A DNA stretch of 64,000 nt from an uncultured archaeon (GTDB lineage: Archaea; Asgardarchaeota; Lokiarchaeia; Sigyniarchaeales; SOKP01): NCBI GenBank assembly GCA_964525635.1, contig CAZGJX010000005.1:1-64000 (forward strand). Reading direction: 5' to 3'. The number at the start of each line of letters is the position of its first letter. The first letter of the stretch is position 1. The notes below the pieces were generated by a model, which was given only the letters and a program-made list of their open reading frames with translations, made no database searches and was not told the DNA's origin. This document shows positions 61,801 to 64,000 of this stretch, one piece after another. The translations under genes were made by a program, and so were the position numbers.

Positions 61801-64000
61801 GTTTTGTAATTATTAAAATATATGATATTTTCAATTGTTTTATTGTAAAGATTTATCCCATTTTCATATATCATATCCTTTAAATTAAATTGAGGGGGAT
61901 CATTATCAAAATAGCAATCCATCTCCTCTGTAATGCTATTTCCCGCATAATCGATTGCTTTTATGAATAAATCATATGAGCCTGATGGGAATTGGTTTGT
62001 ATCTATGATCAATTGGTATATATTATTTGTTATCTCAATTAAAGTATATTCCGGAGAATCAAACCTAAGCCCTGAGAACATATTTCTAAGAGTGACTGAT
62101 AAACTATAATTTGAAATATCACTGACAGAGAGATTTACAATAAATAAATCTTTCCAATAGGTACTAGCAATTTGGATATTTGAAATGATAGGTGGAGATT
62201 TATCAAATATTAAATGTATGGTATGGTTTATTGTAAATCCATTAGTATCTGTACATGATAAGATTGTCTCAAAATCCCCTTCATTTTGATTTGGGTCGTT
62301 AAACGTAAAGGAGTATAGAGAATCTTCATTATTCCAATATCCTACAGTGTTATATAATGTTATGTTTTCTATTCCTGAAATATCTTTTATGATAAATTCT
62401 ATTGTTCCAGAATCGGGATTTACTGATGTGTACTCTTCAAATTGTCTATACACAATTGGAGCCTCATAATCAATAGTAAGTATATTATCTAAAATGTAAG
62501 CATCTTTGATACCTGATATGTCTTGAAATACCCCTATTACTGTATAGTTTGATTGTGGTAATGCTGTAAAATCATAATTACTAATAAATTGAGCCTCTGG
62601 TGTGCTTATGAGTGAAACACCATATTCAACTGTAATTGGGGATGTTATTGATCCATAGACTCCATCAAGAGAATTATCGGTAAGTAATGTAATAAATAAT
62701 TCGTTATCACCTACATCTATGAAATAAGAGAAATTGAAAAGAACAGTATTGAGATATATACTCTCGATTGAGCATATAATTTCATACATATTATTTAAAG
62801 GTAACACAAATCTATTGTTTATTATTTCTATCTGCTCATTATCAAAAGTATAGGAAGATATGTGATCATAATTTGCATGTAAATATATCGTGTCAATTAG
62901 AATTCCTGATAAGTCATATAACTCAAGACATGGAGCTGCATTATTCGAAAAAAATGGTATGGCATGTGAATTATTATATGCATCTTTTCCTGTATTAAAG
63001 CTCATAGATGCATAATTATTATCTATTTCAACTGAAATATTTGATATGGATATGGGGCTCTCGAATACTTTATCCACGACTGTAATTGTAATCTCTTTTG
63101 ATGTGATATATTTTGTTCCTTGAAACAATGATATATCTATTTCAATATTGCTAAAATCTGATCCAAAAATATTATAATAAGACGAGTTTAGCTTAATACT
63201 TGGATCTAGATCCCCTCCTGTGAAATAATAATGATCTTCTTGCACTACTGGATGTGAAAGTGTAAATCTTTCATAACCAGTATTTATATCAACAGAAGTT
63301 ATATCGTTGGCTATTGGAAATATTTTAAGATCAAGCTCAATCATTCCCTCTTGATCGTGGCTATATAATGTCTTATCTAATCCTTTTATAATAAATTCAA
63401 GCTCATTATCAAGGTCCTTAATTATCCAAAATGACGAGTTATAGAGTATTTTACTATTACCTAAATCATCACTACCGATAAATCTGAAATATAATTTTCC
63501 ATCACGTAAAGACAAAAGATCAAGACTCATCTCTAGTAACGAGTTAGGATCAACATTTATGGTTGCATAATTAATCCAACTGGCTTCTGGTGTGTCATAT
63601 TTATATTGGAAGCTTATCTTCTGGAAATTTATATCATTACATAATATTCCAAGAGTAATTATGTTATCATCGATGTTCCAATATGTTGCAGTACAGTTTA
63701 GAGTATAATCATCTTCAAATAATACAACTTCAGGACCATTTAAATCCAATATAACTTGTGGTAGCGTGAAATTATATTGGTAATATGGAAATTCAGAACC
63801 AAATGTTAAATTACTTTCGATTATAAAATTAATAGTATATTCATCATCATTAAAATCATTCTCTATAATCCAACTTGACAAAATATCAAGATTTATCAAG
63901 TTGAAATCTGAGGAAATCTCCCTATACATAATAGGGGTATTTGTAAGTAGTTCTACATTTCCAGAATGATTAACAAATACATTCATGGAAAGTATATGTC
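25821..64000 (-). CDS. Giant (at least 12,721 aa, probably 5'-truncated by the window) multidomain surface protein: Ig-like, beta-propeller, LamG and jelly-roll domains, Ca-binding loops, hydrophobic helices, large K/E-rich C-terminal region
   Basis: Uninterrupted 38-kb frame that stays open past ATG 63986 (..CAT ATA CTT TCC ATG). No signal peptide at that Met. Repeated D.AGN...D..P Ig motifs, three LamG domains, DxDxDG loops and abundant N-x-S/T sequons. Confidence 0.9.
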   Translation of the reverse strand, partial: HILSMNVFVNHSGNVELLTNTPIMYREISSDFNLINLDILSSWIIENDFNDDEYTINFIIESNLTFGSEFPYYQYNFTLPQVILDLNGPEVVLFEDDYTLNCTATYWNIDDNIITLGILCNDINFQKISFQYKYDTPEASWINYATINVDPNSLLEMSLDLLSLRDGKLYFRFIGSDDLGNSKILYNSSFWIIKDLDNELEFIIKGLDKTLYSHDQEGMIELDLKIFPIANDITSVDINTGYERFTLSHPVVQEDHYYFTGGDLDPSIKLNSSYYNIFGSDFSNIEIDISLFQGTKYITSKEITITVVDKVFESPISISNISVEIDNNYASMSFNTGKDAYNNSHAIPFFSNNAAPCLELYDLSGILIDTIYLHANYDHISSYTFDNEQIEIINNRFVLPLNNMYEIICSIESIYLNTVLFNFSYFIDVGDNELFITLLTDNSLDGVYGSITSPITVEYGVSLISTPEAQFISNYDFTALPQSNYTVIGVFQDISGIKDAYILDNILTIDYEAPIVYRQFEEYTSVNPDSGTIEFIIKDISGIENITLYNTVGYWNNEDSLYSFTFNDPNQNEGDFETILSCTDTNGFTINHTIHLIFDKSPPIISNIQIASTYWKDLFIVNLSVSDISNYSLSVTLRNMFSGLRFDSPEYTLIEITNNIYQLIIDTNQFPSGSYDLFIKAIDYAGNSITEEMDCYFDNDPPQFNLKDMIYENGINLYNKTIENIIYFNNYKTLSIEAFDAAFDGFDWAQISTPLYYQYGVESVRLNLTKTLASHNLVISGELDYGKLEYEIIGFSDPVNYNISLIKSITSITIGGYIINDFEVILDCEKLILKIGESSRHLLSSKNSDSIYATFYEATSNKIPLTFDSDSREWRLMSFDIRNYLPTITEGESFLLWFEITDGMELATGGAQLGNTIVTQKFKGIYDPAILKQAGSLFQWNLGTNSTNAGIVLFGSETYSDSTITIKSSLVDKNPLGQSDINRILLYCSIDGNSWENIGRAYYSGDIDQWNYYWDGDLLEQIPNFNYIKVLILDKAGNYLTEISNIVLYDFAQVELITNLVFGDVFEFDEIEIINSQIIAGQISNYFDSEEFWDVCSQYYNVLTNKWIPITTEPTIIDAGSYTITWDFNKDPEFYNSIREFNYSYIPVQVTPITSNNLWGSWGVFNPNGEFQPIILVKNDLYVDLIIYKFNETNGWIKDDVLSAEGLFNSSYNQIFKLFDINRDGIAELIILSPDQMNVFSFYNDNWNSFLNITSNSEYKNLLFDLYYDGNIGKTVLITVQEDETGKQSFCKYQIDDGFNAIKKVRQQAPIGFIPSSIKIVESLISEQDKSILIGGLIEGSYYSQLIHFDYNNLNPQNVIVNSILGKISVIEKSQKRILLGLSRQLLGKMDTVYSVKYSQEANDWIKVDISGFEEEKFQILDLLALSEEDSEKLIVASHTGLFEINIETLKDKYTISSPICFTSTIKTRQELEQFRTGYKLTLGPYQIDKINKISFMENNKWYYLSPDFYTLADKFSIYLDLKNPYLGIIWSNLENIKVDYSFLSYYSEEITSIDPSFNRAQGRPDRTDTSASAQFYGENELDLAWINNYGTSNHYSLHLLEDCNTYRRQSVISGSGYLLDIPVSTRIGWNNQYWGEEYYSMSELQNNLIYYGDSYDSGILSETLEGKEYSRLDLAEDEFDGKYEGNYIDSVWISDPILGDTYNFSSMYYDNIHSSSGIYNFFEQEISVQNQMINFSLYNSPYGGIESQGALTDGVFLERFEDATIQDIELALLNREEYICALLANLNQAYGFEFVNKIPTVDKNGIKAIEIAFDASILSSAFTEEYPLSVLIYNYAEDRWEALDITSSYDYEYFWAFNSGYQTSIDKFTPGWGTASIDSMQTVSFGINQYFIDEYEHFEFDPLVENGGNFLDNDYSSRLYQKNVLQADKSQISIYQNSTELSNKYQLNNIVLDLVNGFKTTQYTRFPNPYGIFETVTPSTFYRDYLNLNQEFRIQVCTEKLSILPYEYITVGDFKTFTRTNTNYLNYEDFDTYLSTQSLSDNIDMTENGLILEGRSGFEMNEGISNTPEVQSEVRTGYIRFLENTIQIVSGDGYLFSPVSLQDIDGDLYTIYSQQKQEHEIEFNIETEPIDGINDLDKLEITVFAYSPLLLENNLQIFYRDFTGEYIPTQVQIIDDDTFKITINKNDFIRLYDSSRQNYRLKLKLLVTNLASFYIDIDSIIAEKISNQFTSHDAYRAELRFNIPYDDVGGNITFKLNDELSFTFEDPVNEDGGYLDYGGNENSLVVFYDCSQQVWKAYLNFEPSTYLTGDPIWEYEDADPEILCPGIEIDYPLSGQLLITKLEHQFYKRIEDQADFQAYKDMISQIGDTKTNEITYSDFLTTPENAFSHISADINIIYSFHDEMQENNILDTSLITDSYTTQNNGLNLGYTYQEQSTNLDSVMYYNDMLGSGGINYNGGYRYPFGNNGDGISGSLESDDLYNYTVQYYGDDIESYLTFYPAMGENIYEEDFEEDGSSWILYNNVNYEFYKESPQMSNYLTENITLIQTTWDRLGQTSKTAPYIDAINSYYFHKGYWYIIGGYQGSGRVCKFNRDFSNVLDSWDIDGDDIILVDRYWYVLSYDHVTKYHYDWTPTGDQYQLSIGANTAWGISYYNNYWWILCVGINNQWESYIYRFDNDFSNGIVVCDLMNPNYFLLARQFGRDENSWWVSYAWYNGSGRTVINYDDDWNEIGDVYEQEGNLLFDIRYFDHYWWEINGPGDFLYYYNNEYDVSKYNRGNGYFYMQTNTTEILKCRSPDNLDLQLKENDIIEISFSTTSQNQINLNLLNQGIQQSSYILSEQGNTDINARTEYIIIESDLDISQFEISGLFEDTQNFVLYRIEIYRHDPHGGLYNSLDDYYLFYDGSISDILGGQDWETSLTLDGEEELVLGEDMIHFEAYYPNLPITSNSFRIDIYNNTYWYHWFHEGRIINLDMFNLFWINQHVNISVNNPIITIQEDLSRQISSSIPIKNSMFNDPLFSSNSIRYTIKNSIIFPTFGRGAENIENIYLTSALNALDFRFELYNDPNEAQYPNSITNVEGSDILQYNPEQLQNSTYYEDSRFSNSAIDNAQIVLLTPIELNFGDINVDDFTTMSLETYIGLNLTLSNRKYNSQWSYRYRLMYYNYTSSQWQDFQGKLRAGNNGIERTVWNIAGIHGTNPINYLQQPNSESFIPIYDQNDIQFANPIIFENIDKNIIDNGILKLALLSYLLPGNFTPSADGICLSFERENPIIPIEISQNLDIENTILVGQEIQTVYADPSLELICDVAPEISYVDLNNYNIGDIISVKGIIKDFEGITYLHEVFNYRIDENHHLYYSSPLKDYFLQMIINYVPELSLIFNEINGYWYLPNSTIINGVMFNNSYFVTNVRDGDTFFGTYGHPETDVGYTMGNDQYGTYLDFNSQVKAPTGAVRFQKVNNLPLSGISLEDDLLYTYDILDTEDEFIGGTLTLELNAGFDDIQSSDLRQITMMDYYLNVKLYRRNPDGLETFIGFINVDLDHSITRYKYYEFEFQIQDFNFTQNGREELINSLYKGYGNDLLVRISSSVENCLVRGYLFEGYFVQELLSATLKIQSLDSKMLFDNTQVSTSYILIEQKNIPLIRIAEGVYIFDIGSLDYNFGFNITSLRAENGILQEDEFEFDKDNNKIILLKEYRGYSGLLYADVMFHAFAWKDGYVSMLNPISIKFNDNYQENIAKYLTIDITYDETGVPGYDNMIVDKVSRRIILGDECKEASDLIIYLYNFIEEKWEGIEYIVYDQVNAPLSFTYVLDREFICFEDFFNQTKEGFELKMIFAVEESYETKFCSQVGFSIDSIASNIYTNSIDSEYKAQPSIEFDIDITNYYNNEQININKINLKPYFHGYIHTDFDLAQFSLIQEKYSFYALNKYLEYEQINDKSNNLLIFGQDDLTNFLLYDTNNEKYYIRVRIQYKWEILLGILIQFDKKIDIISSLELIKYDIEVEYEKDETTRISSQEQFLEFDLVAINAPNYIVHDSSISIIPEDNNIDIGILGGYLRSTETSQKVMIRQTLIYTFQDSLLGHLEVVLDHTYSDIALRFIRPTGMLEQQSNYYIKNNEYLSFVSEENLEKIELFYLNQFSEYEYIGNFSQNLDRLDKYEYIWEHIQSTTEVMTGDIITIKIRLTDTYGKVNEYIYSFEADFDAPSPTISIGYESMSFENNYANPLTNISFTHGENFVISNWRFDEESGSTVTDSFGGNDGIMMNMEARDRIVGVVGEGSLAFDGIDDYILIPTNQLLQFDHQDNFTIALWVRTLATSGTIIRTEDVEKGGYGLYLNDGRTCFFVRDNNNAKASLVSTRVINDGNWHHLIAVRSMNTISLYIDGNYDCSSIDSTTNSLNSDNDIFIGVYESNEIFYDHLTGDLDDIYIFSYSIPEEEVEMFFYSSETGEIETLWLDFEDSSSNGVVGNSMNFEHPSESSPSQQDISINSGRINKQGDLNNENNEMIIESTSIEDLGSELLDHETYNSLDPSYMSHSYLPNDISSEFFVDNGVYMFNSFPTSTTQISYTGWIVESNSYYTETNYNDGGIFSSYLNQETNTYVPSFSDIDIQEGEITELGDFYNEDNQPMFNSTSSSFNYDFSEPNNIYYEPLFNEDFTQFDPSYMEHSSIPDSYSSTLDMNPLEMQNDYPHELYTEEWDDWELSNIPQYTDSYFCEEFGHWGLDEGTGNIAEDSISNYDGIIAGASYTSGKVGDYALDFDGTRDYVNFGDIDALDAPSRFSIALWFNRKSDDYRYTNHGVHNILFAQSSIASNDNIELGTHREFIELYLDSEEGYNGLKSYNAQIQNNIWYHLILTYDDNDPNEVKLYLNGNLIQQWSQWEGKLHSSEESPVTIGVARPEMTFPKADFHGMIDDLRIFNYALSQIQIDLLYNDGEGQIDDLKTIIPIRDLSSELNLIPSSQVDNIQSFSYENAEGYYSGGDYYIARNHYNNSSNPGPYNEDGDYYGIYEITHPSSAELNYKRFPLEWYEYGGAKADFQITAGLSTLRWNWRFKFDTGIDMANPTLQIHDLHIPIRIRFQDSHWGGESLKLYVQNNNFGWDFCRDLDFNENYDNVNLEDYLDDTNLLNYINEDGEIWIKLDAICDGVWLLSTSSRTWIDQLRCDVEWSVEPSIECDFDYGILDNQRDYYLYFRGKTDQGTATFNIDDNPAFTIREEWTDIDSYFIEDPAKLSIIMNSLETDNIIIDYIYLREAVPGPYPVALLSKSTDFGGFLNRYDDYNEFQNKYDVKILFMYRFTQNLDLPQDIDCTAAELHFEGGKLADLINDGAWHIFLDTYELADYDGQNDLLEISFLISNGLLQVAYLFYNVEFKCLDLSGNVYLQQSLEVDYPYEDTLSQYEKENGNFFVNATYQFSTIDDGLYYQNKYGRSNKFEILYHIKSTGEWYTFHYDINENNTEEYCFNVRQFMDDNNLGVLEDIKIEYVILGKSQLVVNQLSLYDRRSFIPPELSFTVNAHLDTEIEDTLEEVRLNYKYQLSQFTVNPYDQFSLEIFDYMHTEWDIISTNPATYFIEEIFTCSLTDHISVNNNLKFRISSTAGNFEEQFALILDQFYLEYDLRKSSGDINAMLTNMVNLPFLDQYNDHSQFQEIFNVTVGFNYSFTTEDVQYGSTAEVIIDNTPHLLITDGISHTFSYNFLFDSGFRAPEVNITFKISNGVLAFSQIKTDMYFECINASGHRILQQEFSTSYFRIIDPLSSFEKSQIRFQYNVSYEFLPLEADYYTYHNTYGYTEPLTIKYFIKADNNWYTYSHLADSYENKTLSFNIKLFMTERELLELQDFKVSFILSGNNNLLKIREAIFYNKLLTPASINMTIECPLLGDINTQKIELLYSYRVNLSEYTDFFTQLKIWNYNTNSWENLNTQISDSYISKSFSLKSSYISPEDNIKILLIAKNYFESFKIDIDIIKTVAFNYIQTNPIINSNQSPFTFAAWVKIDSITGQSAIYGEYNEDGDARNYISARPNGIVSFEYYSDNVVSVKSDPLLLEEGNWIHLTIAKSGDRIVFYKNGEQYGSPAYLSAGYRGALPTKIGIGARYCGSNYENSWYSSVLNASVDDIRCYKEVLTTKEIKWLYNDGNGRFQSLHTLSKQKYSLNPIEQYKIIDLITGEETEWINFHSVAVKRLSDFGELPSNFSLLYRVIDTAGNIMETMVYNSNCTYILYSTQSEHNLTWNNNIIDLNDLGNERKISFLNEGQFGNVPLLDVFINNFRYGSAILNGSDYVISFGEINNDETLVGYSESLISNNIYSNINPLNKISWEVRDNEEDFFGVVKHVLVDGDIIISNSFTYNKTQVLNLDHIYDRGFALKSFVRMHQAYWYNTSGDGENVFQPLIYAIDYIVEENGIITFPEYSIVHKLYSENFEDVKDGKIYFDYGASEFSNQLSLSNAEGFFLNFTMPSIHYHHTTIDKLIVQFNYFTGDAFAKTYYDIDLRTFFLENKEKYEQEIHGFGQVMTIPLYISLAELDASNPSEMFNLRMLESITLKISDSNSWPASFIQDIGDYDILDLPYQRVGISDLCLYNFISDTTQQDEDDLVQADITFKAPDYYGIEISDQVKIKRLEILLTDFKIYYERTNIEVNYNVEYSDFLDVYFRYDHSLGKAPLNSLMHIPLSLVNKSTGEIHSFGTAHFIEKHDEEAPEGFYSDYYFTRFEVPKVLGFNEYILTGIEGTSLFNTTIQMQPFLLNITQESLSEDEPIYLSQDNYELEFDSLSETLLLEGMILDNDKYLVEDRVYSYEYQEALDGKTVHFLDIKAPFDDNDFISTSEFAVYYLDNDLKIIPLYSSIGGKQIFDDVHLSEIPAISYIDNQYRLNMYWNSKTSEFIDYDTHILVSYTMQKGRPLSPMSYGPLDQFGNDKREYLTEVEFARYDAISREFRTEEEFIESFYIQKELLYSDISGASTPWLNGVPYTDDSQIIQTGVVMLDAVYVNKSNDIMFVELGESEYQYEINSQGQLKVYNLPYEDGDIFKVVYYGYKPVKTVHPLTTCLSTIEYIRAYNDTGKYYELNESDYYISNDGYLIYFKDIHNSILAEGGFTIYDKFEIKYHAPLTEQIDLGSNLLLTMQDEKGNYIAIDSIPIEATGEFRYEEKLSVNGRLSLPIGGGKTLVNMKLLYLPLSLYNLTSNSTEMINYNREYGKIHSYKEGNWERSFKITTIPKKIKLELLDDFTDQTTIINSNFINERDYLFTTNPAETLEEGEEYSSIRIYTTVKDEHVFTFKLSEMNDAQQIGINNSIVWLCIGFVPKSETGFINNMIVDEEGNPTYYESLGTDPITYTGPGVGSKKMFSRPDLYDTATIYDNEKYGPYYWNWGITDAKGEVSFNLNFDQDYIADFLDIFGSLESVQSIENISLYIRAFTTPFGYSDYSWQDFAIINPDQYLCSENNTIFDGINYPLNYDFADMKLRDSTYAEGIINLYHKDIALGAGDFYSYKLPDLRPDDPYQQEREIYEDLVLHLRVTEANPIPNAEGKSTQFLRKVYSQTELEPTSTNILTGNHTYYAIVNFHDPAGNLQGSYYKEIEETYDGGRIIINNETMISLLERLGPGISLITIQVEETENYKASPVVRMPLEVLPPNYLKFGEKNTKIDLINSYINAWGDAYSGSNEMIFESNYPHIIGTIFVAPYFSSGQELSIQDYIELSASCEIINDDGSSEPFMLRNNIHLRPLNREGFLDFDIGLGPEDAFLMGVNNIVNITFNIEKTTLDTIYNENRNIDIFLLDLRVEKNPSSSNPNTTWSFFKDQFESTEFPLEIDPNVISSQSGLLTLGGISDDVEYGIEVKHTYDPEVESYSIDSNSNLLELLGLVEIIPISIQGLQNKEEYEFVKEVDWTANEGNALLEQSMITFNNDYMVPDNQSDFKVIYTFEFNFETNNWNNYFGKISLGPQSNSINSTEISFKFIDNFLPSSEDARSPMYMQYKQECASGTGSMEYSLDYTLQTLNIDDVIIYNKDELETLSGGDVSIDIDTNGHPIVNFTNAPAQDFTIIYGLKTSYELGYGFQKQDRRYSNSIRLIYNDEDIMNSIINPLSEPFPSVELDDSVIYIGLDENETVLQLYDLPLLASPEVNVSFVFDQIIVDQLKALQGDNSLIIDFYFDNFQTNGYYHDSLNISLNYDEISSQLDNGIYRVTKSINLDALYNAFGIGNTNVFIVLSQEGESVEYLSYILLDTWEYICDTHLVEMYDFMPKDRLGNMDVQSVVSTNHYYQILSEPLRNSELYPYLPASPFNLRENSQITIAVEDMDYADLVSLNNYEFNYIGTQETLTISDDDFNMITNLGLLFNSYNLEETRYEEGYLSLYSGAQTEVSGQTSHEKDCRIRYADDLYKADYTSSLTNNNGYMKATSWNDTIILTDQFLSTREVDVRGTVLYHQLFDLARNVVSQSEVLDLFGPHIHTNTTFGLRLLDDVAISSIRQIGEPYQYDLSIQGYPTGEYTDGTYCNVNTNLESNSFIPSENIIPEGNYSVQYLNNGSKYLLFTISLEEVNNSAIDNLIMLDFWAYALFNEGIDYYLRESPEDPLITRLVWDYSYKSINEFTLHPDLNFGESFEVSYYSLDWGTVSQDYIFSTQDSFTFQPTLRSKIYVDYEDSNSNELEGFSILNVVPSDQFSIDIFTHVGCQIWDGENTGTIQRYTIGTANKYIIEDNTTTWRYYLNYTAFKHDIPDGFELLEDSTSIIHIKYESRQTKYRLSQTPFVYNRLDSQFSDYYITITIGVNGPYTSNIDAEFDKYVVGIVDNNIILNETNITPGSQITIQYYYKQAPTLLDRKHFLTVIYPWSHSFEQLLDDAATDVSDNPLINYRERYRKLSGGSIITPFEYGLSLDSTYMLYLSYRLNERNYYDEKHEFNYNNPQYTYDYIPIGLNESIDVYEEVDGTPSVRIHYYNEKGLLQILDESHYTIDTTSHTITLLDDGNDIVAINNIYEFWISFIPSLNDQAFNSYKFSYSPLDNERPLDLNYWTVMDGEPLDTIPNLGAHWFADYGESSYNNVSCYATQIGAHLERGETLVFDLAGELSWFSPDLLESIHRGEYSSLVFNALIENYNALDSIIIILNDTTGIIEGYTQEISIEDLVMWDSNIEVNLPISVNTLQKISIIPQFTDQGPYHPSNTKVSTIDYAVWSTEDLLEREGVSYMEFELSAPLNEGQVESVYLWDIELNYIALPEDINYVYRVEKDVLGQDVYILEIPSIFIDPFNSTNHLEFADGDVFIIRYETPLEHSVSIGIEKTYFNKKHALYDDLNYEAEIMLVNASSSTAYEQFTDDYYYHIELPITPFDTEITNSFKEVRFELNLTEFEAHAIDSMVEFSHLLISAPHLSYEITIDQIEIVEIIEGTSGSSSFDTRIWRFTETEEFTAGDNPTDDSYTLAFENEPLLFGDSDTQDIWLNYIHIIDDNYIYYSAGALGVNDQLIYHDANRSLTWNDEFDRYQDFLGSEIALPHMVDPNSTFYVNYCTNTSWKVPIALNYENIDANSLEIYYSQSGFPLTPRYEMFLGEVIDNSDSYDYNIEQFYQESFTVYDRSSDTYIHKFNVEQPFATNFTNFELYNVVGVFPNLTRSEIRNDYSNYYFTLDKIDNTFTIITLGGTPLFDYDYITISFNYTTGPVSSFTLLTLSEQFRSDYLSNIEDSFYEYLSISFEYAYNDGYILFSQDHDAIVSDYTSFTALNYSRAESDLTAELFDTSNLFEDFQIYYDPYNIILECDLDMDQNPDYKQIIDIDRDGVFDITKYGFLNATENSIIWHTIIQDSTLTSSFFNISQGKVMRTQWFDIDDSLFADYEFNLATILGLGFGIFNTLALLETVARIFLPDVDYYAQKFMQDSTQIFGEITSKYYMISVDEDRDSYADKKITYESETTISHVKNYKEERAIIAGKPRNVKNYIVDYTVASWDRLCGGGGEDAIFNEILTEEKLDNYDFDYPDGFTYLYPGLESTLQATYRKYTQLGVESLKEDVKSEVITVQEFEKGEVISIRSYRDLFDDGQIGMSFNLAREGKRIIRDLELGVESEVSLNVANAIYTPITINGYTQETWQDYGKDAIPIKYDSIQILNEDGSDEIVNFYETEITLVLPNRFSTYYDYNKGSNAVGDVELAITGVFITPPDGRVYYTSDKDSFKNSWGAKTSGSYFYVDSNSDGLYDVVYIVENDSNCDGKYNVISVGYIYGTPTQYSFCPYIRKQVESPYETLRDDYTDILSKEGHKIYGSNWRYKYERLDNERLLFPVNIDDGLVAKDHIFEVRKLVNRSSQISKYPQLFYEARKREYSRIWKEYDAQFLGDVGEQVLSTLIASAASSLITILSYGTATSLAHAAYFAVYSLLTKYFMDLKMHEMTSVQTADTFYPENVNRRSPKSLNEKDYWDDFWGESLPAALTGHTGAYYTRVVGGNPGNDYTAHVIASPPNGDRAVSVYSNLASFLLTGGLIDFTPPDEQLPFDHKNLDFFLVSSELYTYNDIPFYRYHQSGGSTDLYTQYQENTLGYVSYAISRETNGTLSSVIPTCIDGAPTYIFSDIEGGFNEALYKPLVVDQDHYDQLRKYDLTTGYLTIEVALPQIENTRGITTQELSKEEITMDYKDKIPLASKIGGFEYPISQILLYLYKDSTQIGDPLEISDSDYVLDSGDLYFMTPINELITLNAYTSGTYYYKIQIEFEKIIPDTTEETAKLALTQITSHMVMDYFNQYSFATQSAGMVAEMKYTKDLTLQSTIISTPLIILGSYLTGVAKQAYTEAAAMAGKQVAMQALNSIMASQIQRVTSQQIIKNLLTQMAVRTAVGTVSEVMQEVIIDGVIETVVGSIARTMGWSDELGFWLSTFATSARETKFFGFLTSGTGAQISQQSLSYNAQIFVAMKSNKDFQNWLNNVVLQSSGISEEQVMLQKREAILAMISELQIFGKEATVPTIKKLSALFIASGLTLFIPSLSALGSTLALEYIYSKFLDNVDMKLLHTYQIHLNNRMRFKDVISSLKKPGLMLNTRVLIDDSVVKDLKRLPTIPVVPETDEQQQVRVFNNVNNKIAAYSATSSTVLAIDREGMPEKGRSKKESPLSNIEELLKAQAIKEKLEMNQENIKQIKEISESIDSSQKVEGKNSVIEVNREADIDEESGEYQEIYIEDLMLKIPVKGEYTINELKAVVIQKLRDKLSLAQIQIEAEGVKIDLNLEFTDSFGNTKFIDKTTTLSKIATYFGFANIEGCISVDILNIEETIGTGISIRTKLERETREALEPLGKNIEEIEAIEYFLDRFMGFVASDPTKGNPRNLERIFNTKELSDSIEKARKKYHKDDEKNYYENFGEFALKLGQLADKIIEGTQDFNYENVKKRVRTVLETLYVGLAESDNENEKKNENKFYTALAQYIFDVITKEYDTRTGKTTAEIALRKNIMKLLFIQLYSIPFEDGIPTYELDPNSKENQGEIYYRLSRILSCLLEENYNLGNIYAENKKLDPNLLLYQAFIGSIFLPPGILMVEDYKTLKEAYKFVDLGQYIGVEGANLETLATSLLLPKEIFDELARTFDLDNSDIDDIKEILSKRYTIINPIILDTQEESFTLEGRQILSESKPFVIKGIKIVDMKGLHIIDIGDGKEAKYIIIGSPSKMVRKGLYGRGGKDISETGIINDIFRMIFYSTLYKTKINKETTARVIANAAFFGDEDFVDSETGERLTTLDGFGKVIGNKLFLMKVPGELGGRKEVSFISERIFKAIPSLFIEQVAFETIHEITKDWEEIKSNDDNSKNNYRLKLKQFIEEDKNWQEIETTFNEIQEKQVGKPLIKDFRNEKKELKKYLLEILATDNSMSDYYGEYFDKETKTTRYGITSNNMLGFYYPSNRKLPYDEIPLEIKENSVTNRKNDIKIDDTTGMMDGSYAWAFKLEGKDIINRFIRMEINEKGQYTPAKGQDISDWHLGYAYYDEKDTLQISQMFMVTDENSNVLESRWLIIDKDVKDRGLNWFEDKNLWKKEKNKEGMEGAIQPILFLHSGFGNTKNAISLEFQLTSTYLWQGHKFDYRTWLFEKYKSLPRKSDSIVKYVNKNFPKNMKSNQESIAFRNGIFRYIYHYTSTTIKIFATDITNQQYADWNNIKKDIVEQRLDHIIKTVAYNLDPQNYEEIYNTLSDNMFFNDFKGKERLIENLKFDGKQDVKKWTAIMWDTLKKYKENKKDSPEFKEMDKLIDNFVFEENNRFTDEWTDETLGKAQKLHRLVVAILGRITYLKMLEGSAMFKDGVLIPLSLQRKILDQNLGKNHLILKNLERLSFLMEYVDSKYKDDYIDYLLGSVIAGVKIAIEISGNTKYIDAMNILDSSTWDSSNPSIADINNKLLETSEEKNREFNPITANQYSDYLIETIAAQYKEWSPDTSIEDIQCSAMANILDKLMTIWNSQVGKKFNKEDNEEKFFKDNQKYYEAIVRDRLDYILNIRKRPEIRKLFKNALLYKKGFPAPLDFSLDPDPNQLDDIFVLHLTDEHFRHEASLFYDDGQFLSSFIKITIGKQDKNINTRLTYQKEEIINFVKAFQTLIAKAAITHGTVYLVPLKKSKDGFIQDKSYTNKLTNIIEQYKKTYKQIRKLSGDSGWTLDKYYWNSRFDADPHMVFTIQENQVDANKLTIKDFDLSLIMSLFLQGDSFAIVPHKEQDLFITLIDYYGGQFKKTEIFGGNEGPTPRGIEYIGGYDDLISDLQKSLRELRKIHVAYPQFYGNIEYTLPLLKEFAEAWNSIFRI
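46115..48245 (-). repeat. Two diverged ~350-aa tandem repeats within the giant ORF
   Basis: FLNRYDDYNEFQ/FLDQYNDHSQFQ; LINDGAWHIF/LITDGISHTF; ISFLISNGLL/ITFKISNGVL; CLDLSGNVYLQQ/CINASGHRILQQ; LSQYEK/LSSFEK. Confidence 0.85.
49900..50575 (-). repeat. Two diverged ~120-aa repeats within the giant ORF
   Basis: PSQQDISINSGRI..GDLNNEN / PSFSDIDIQEGEI..GDFYNED; LDPSYMSHSYLP / FDPSYMEHSSIP. Confidence 0.85.
55690..56300 (-). repeat. Aromatic beta-propeller-like repeats within the giant ORF
   Basis: Five ~35-45-aa units containing GYWYII, RYWYVL, NYWWIL, NSWWVS and HYWWEI, each typically followed by K/R/N-F/Y and an acidic turn. Confidence 0.6.

Noticed and set aside
25821-64000. RTX (GGxGxD), RHS/YD repeats, intein or autoprotease motifs in the giant protein
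   Set aside because: None recognised by eye, so it is not assigned to a known toxin class.
1-64000. CRISPR array or rRNA genes
   Set aside because: No regularly spaced repeats and no rRNA-like sequence seen.
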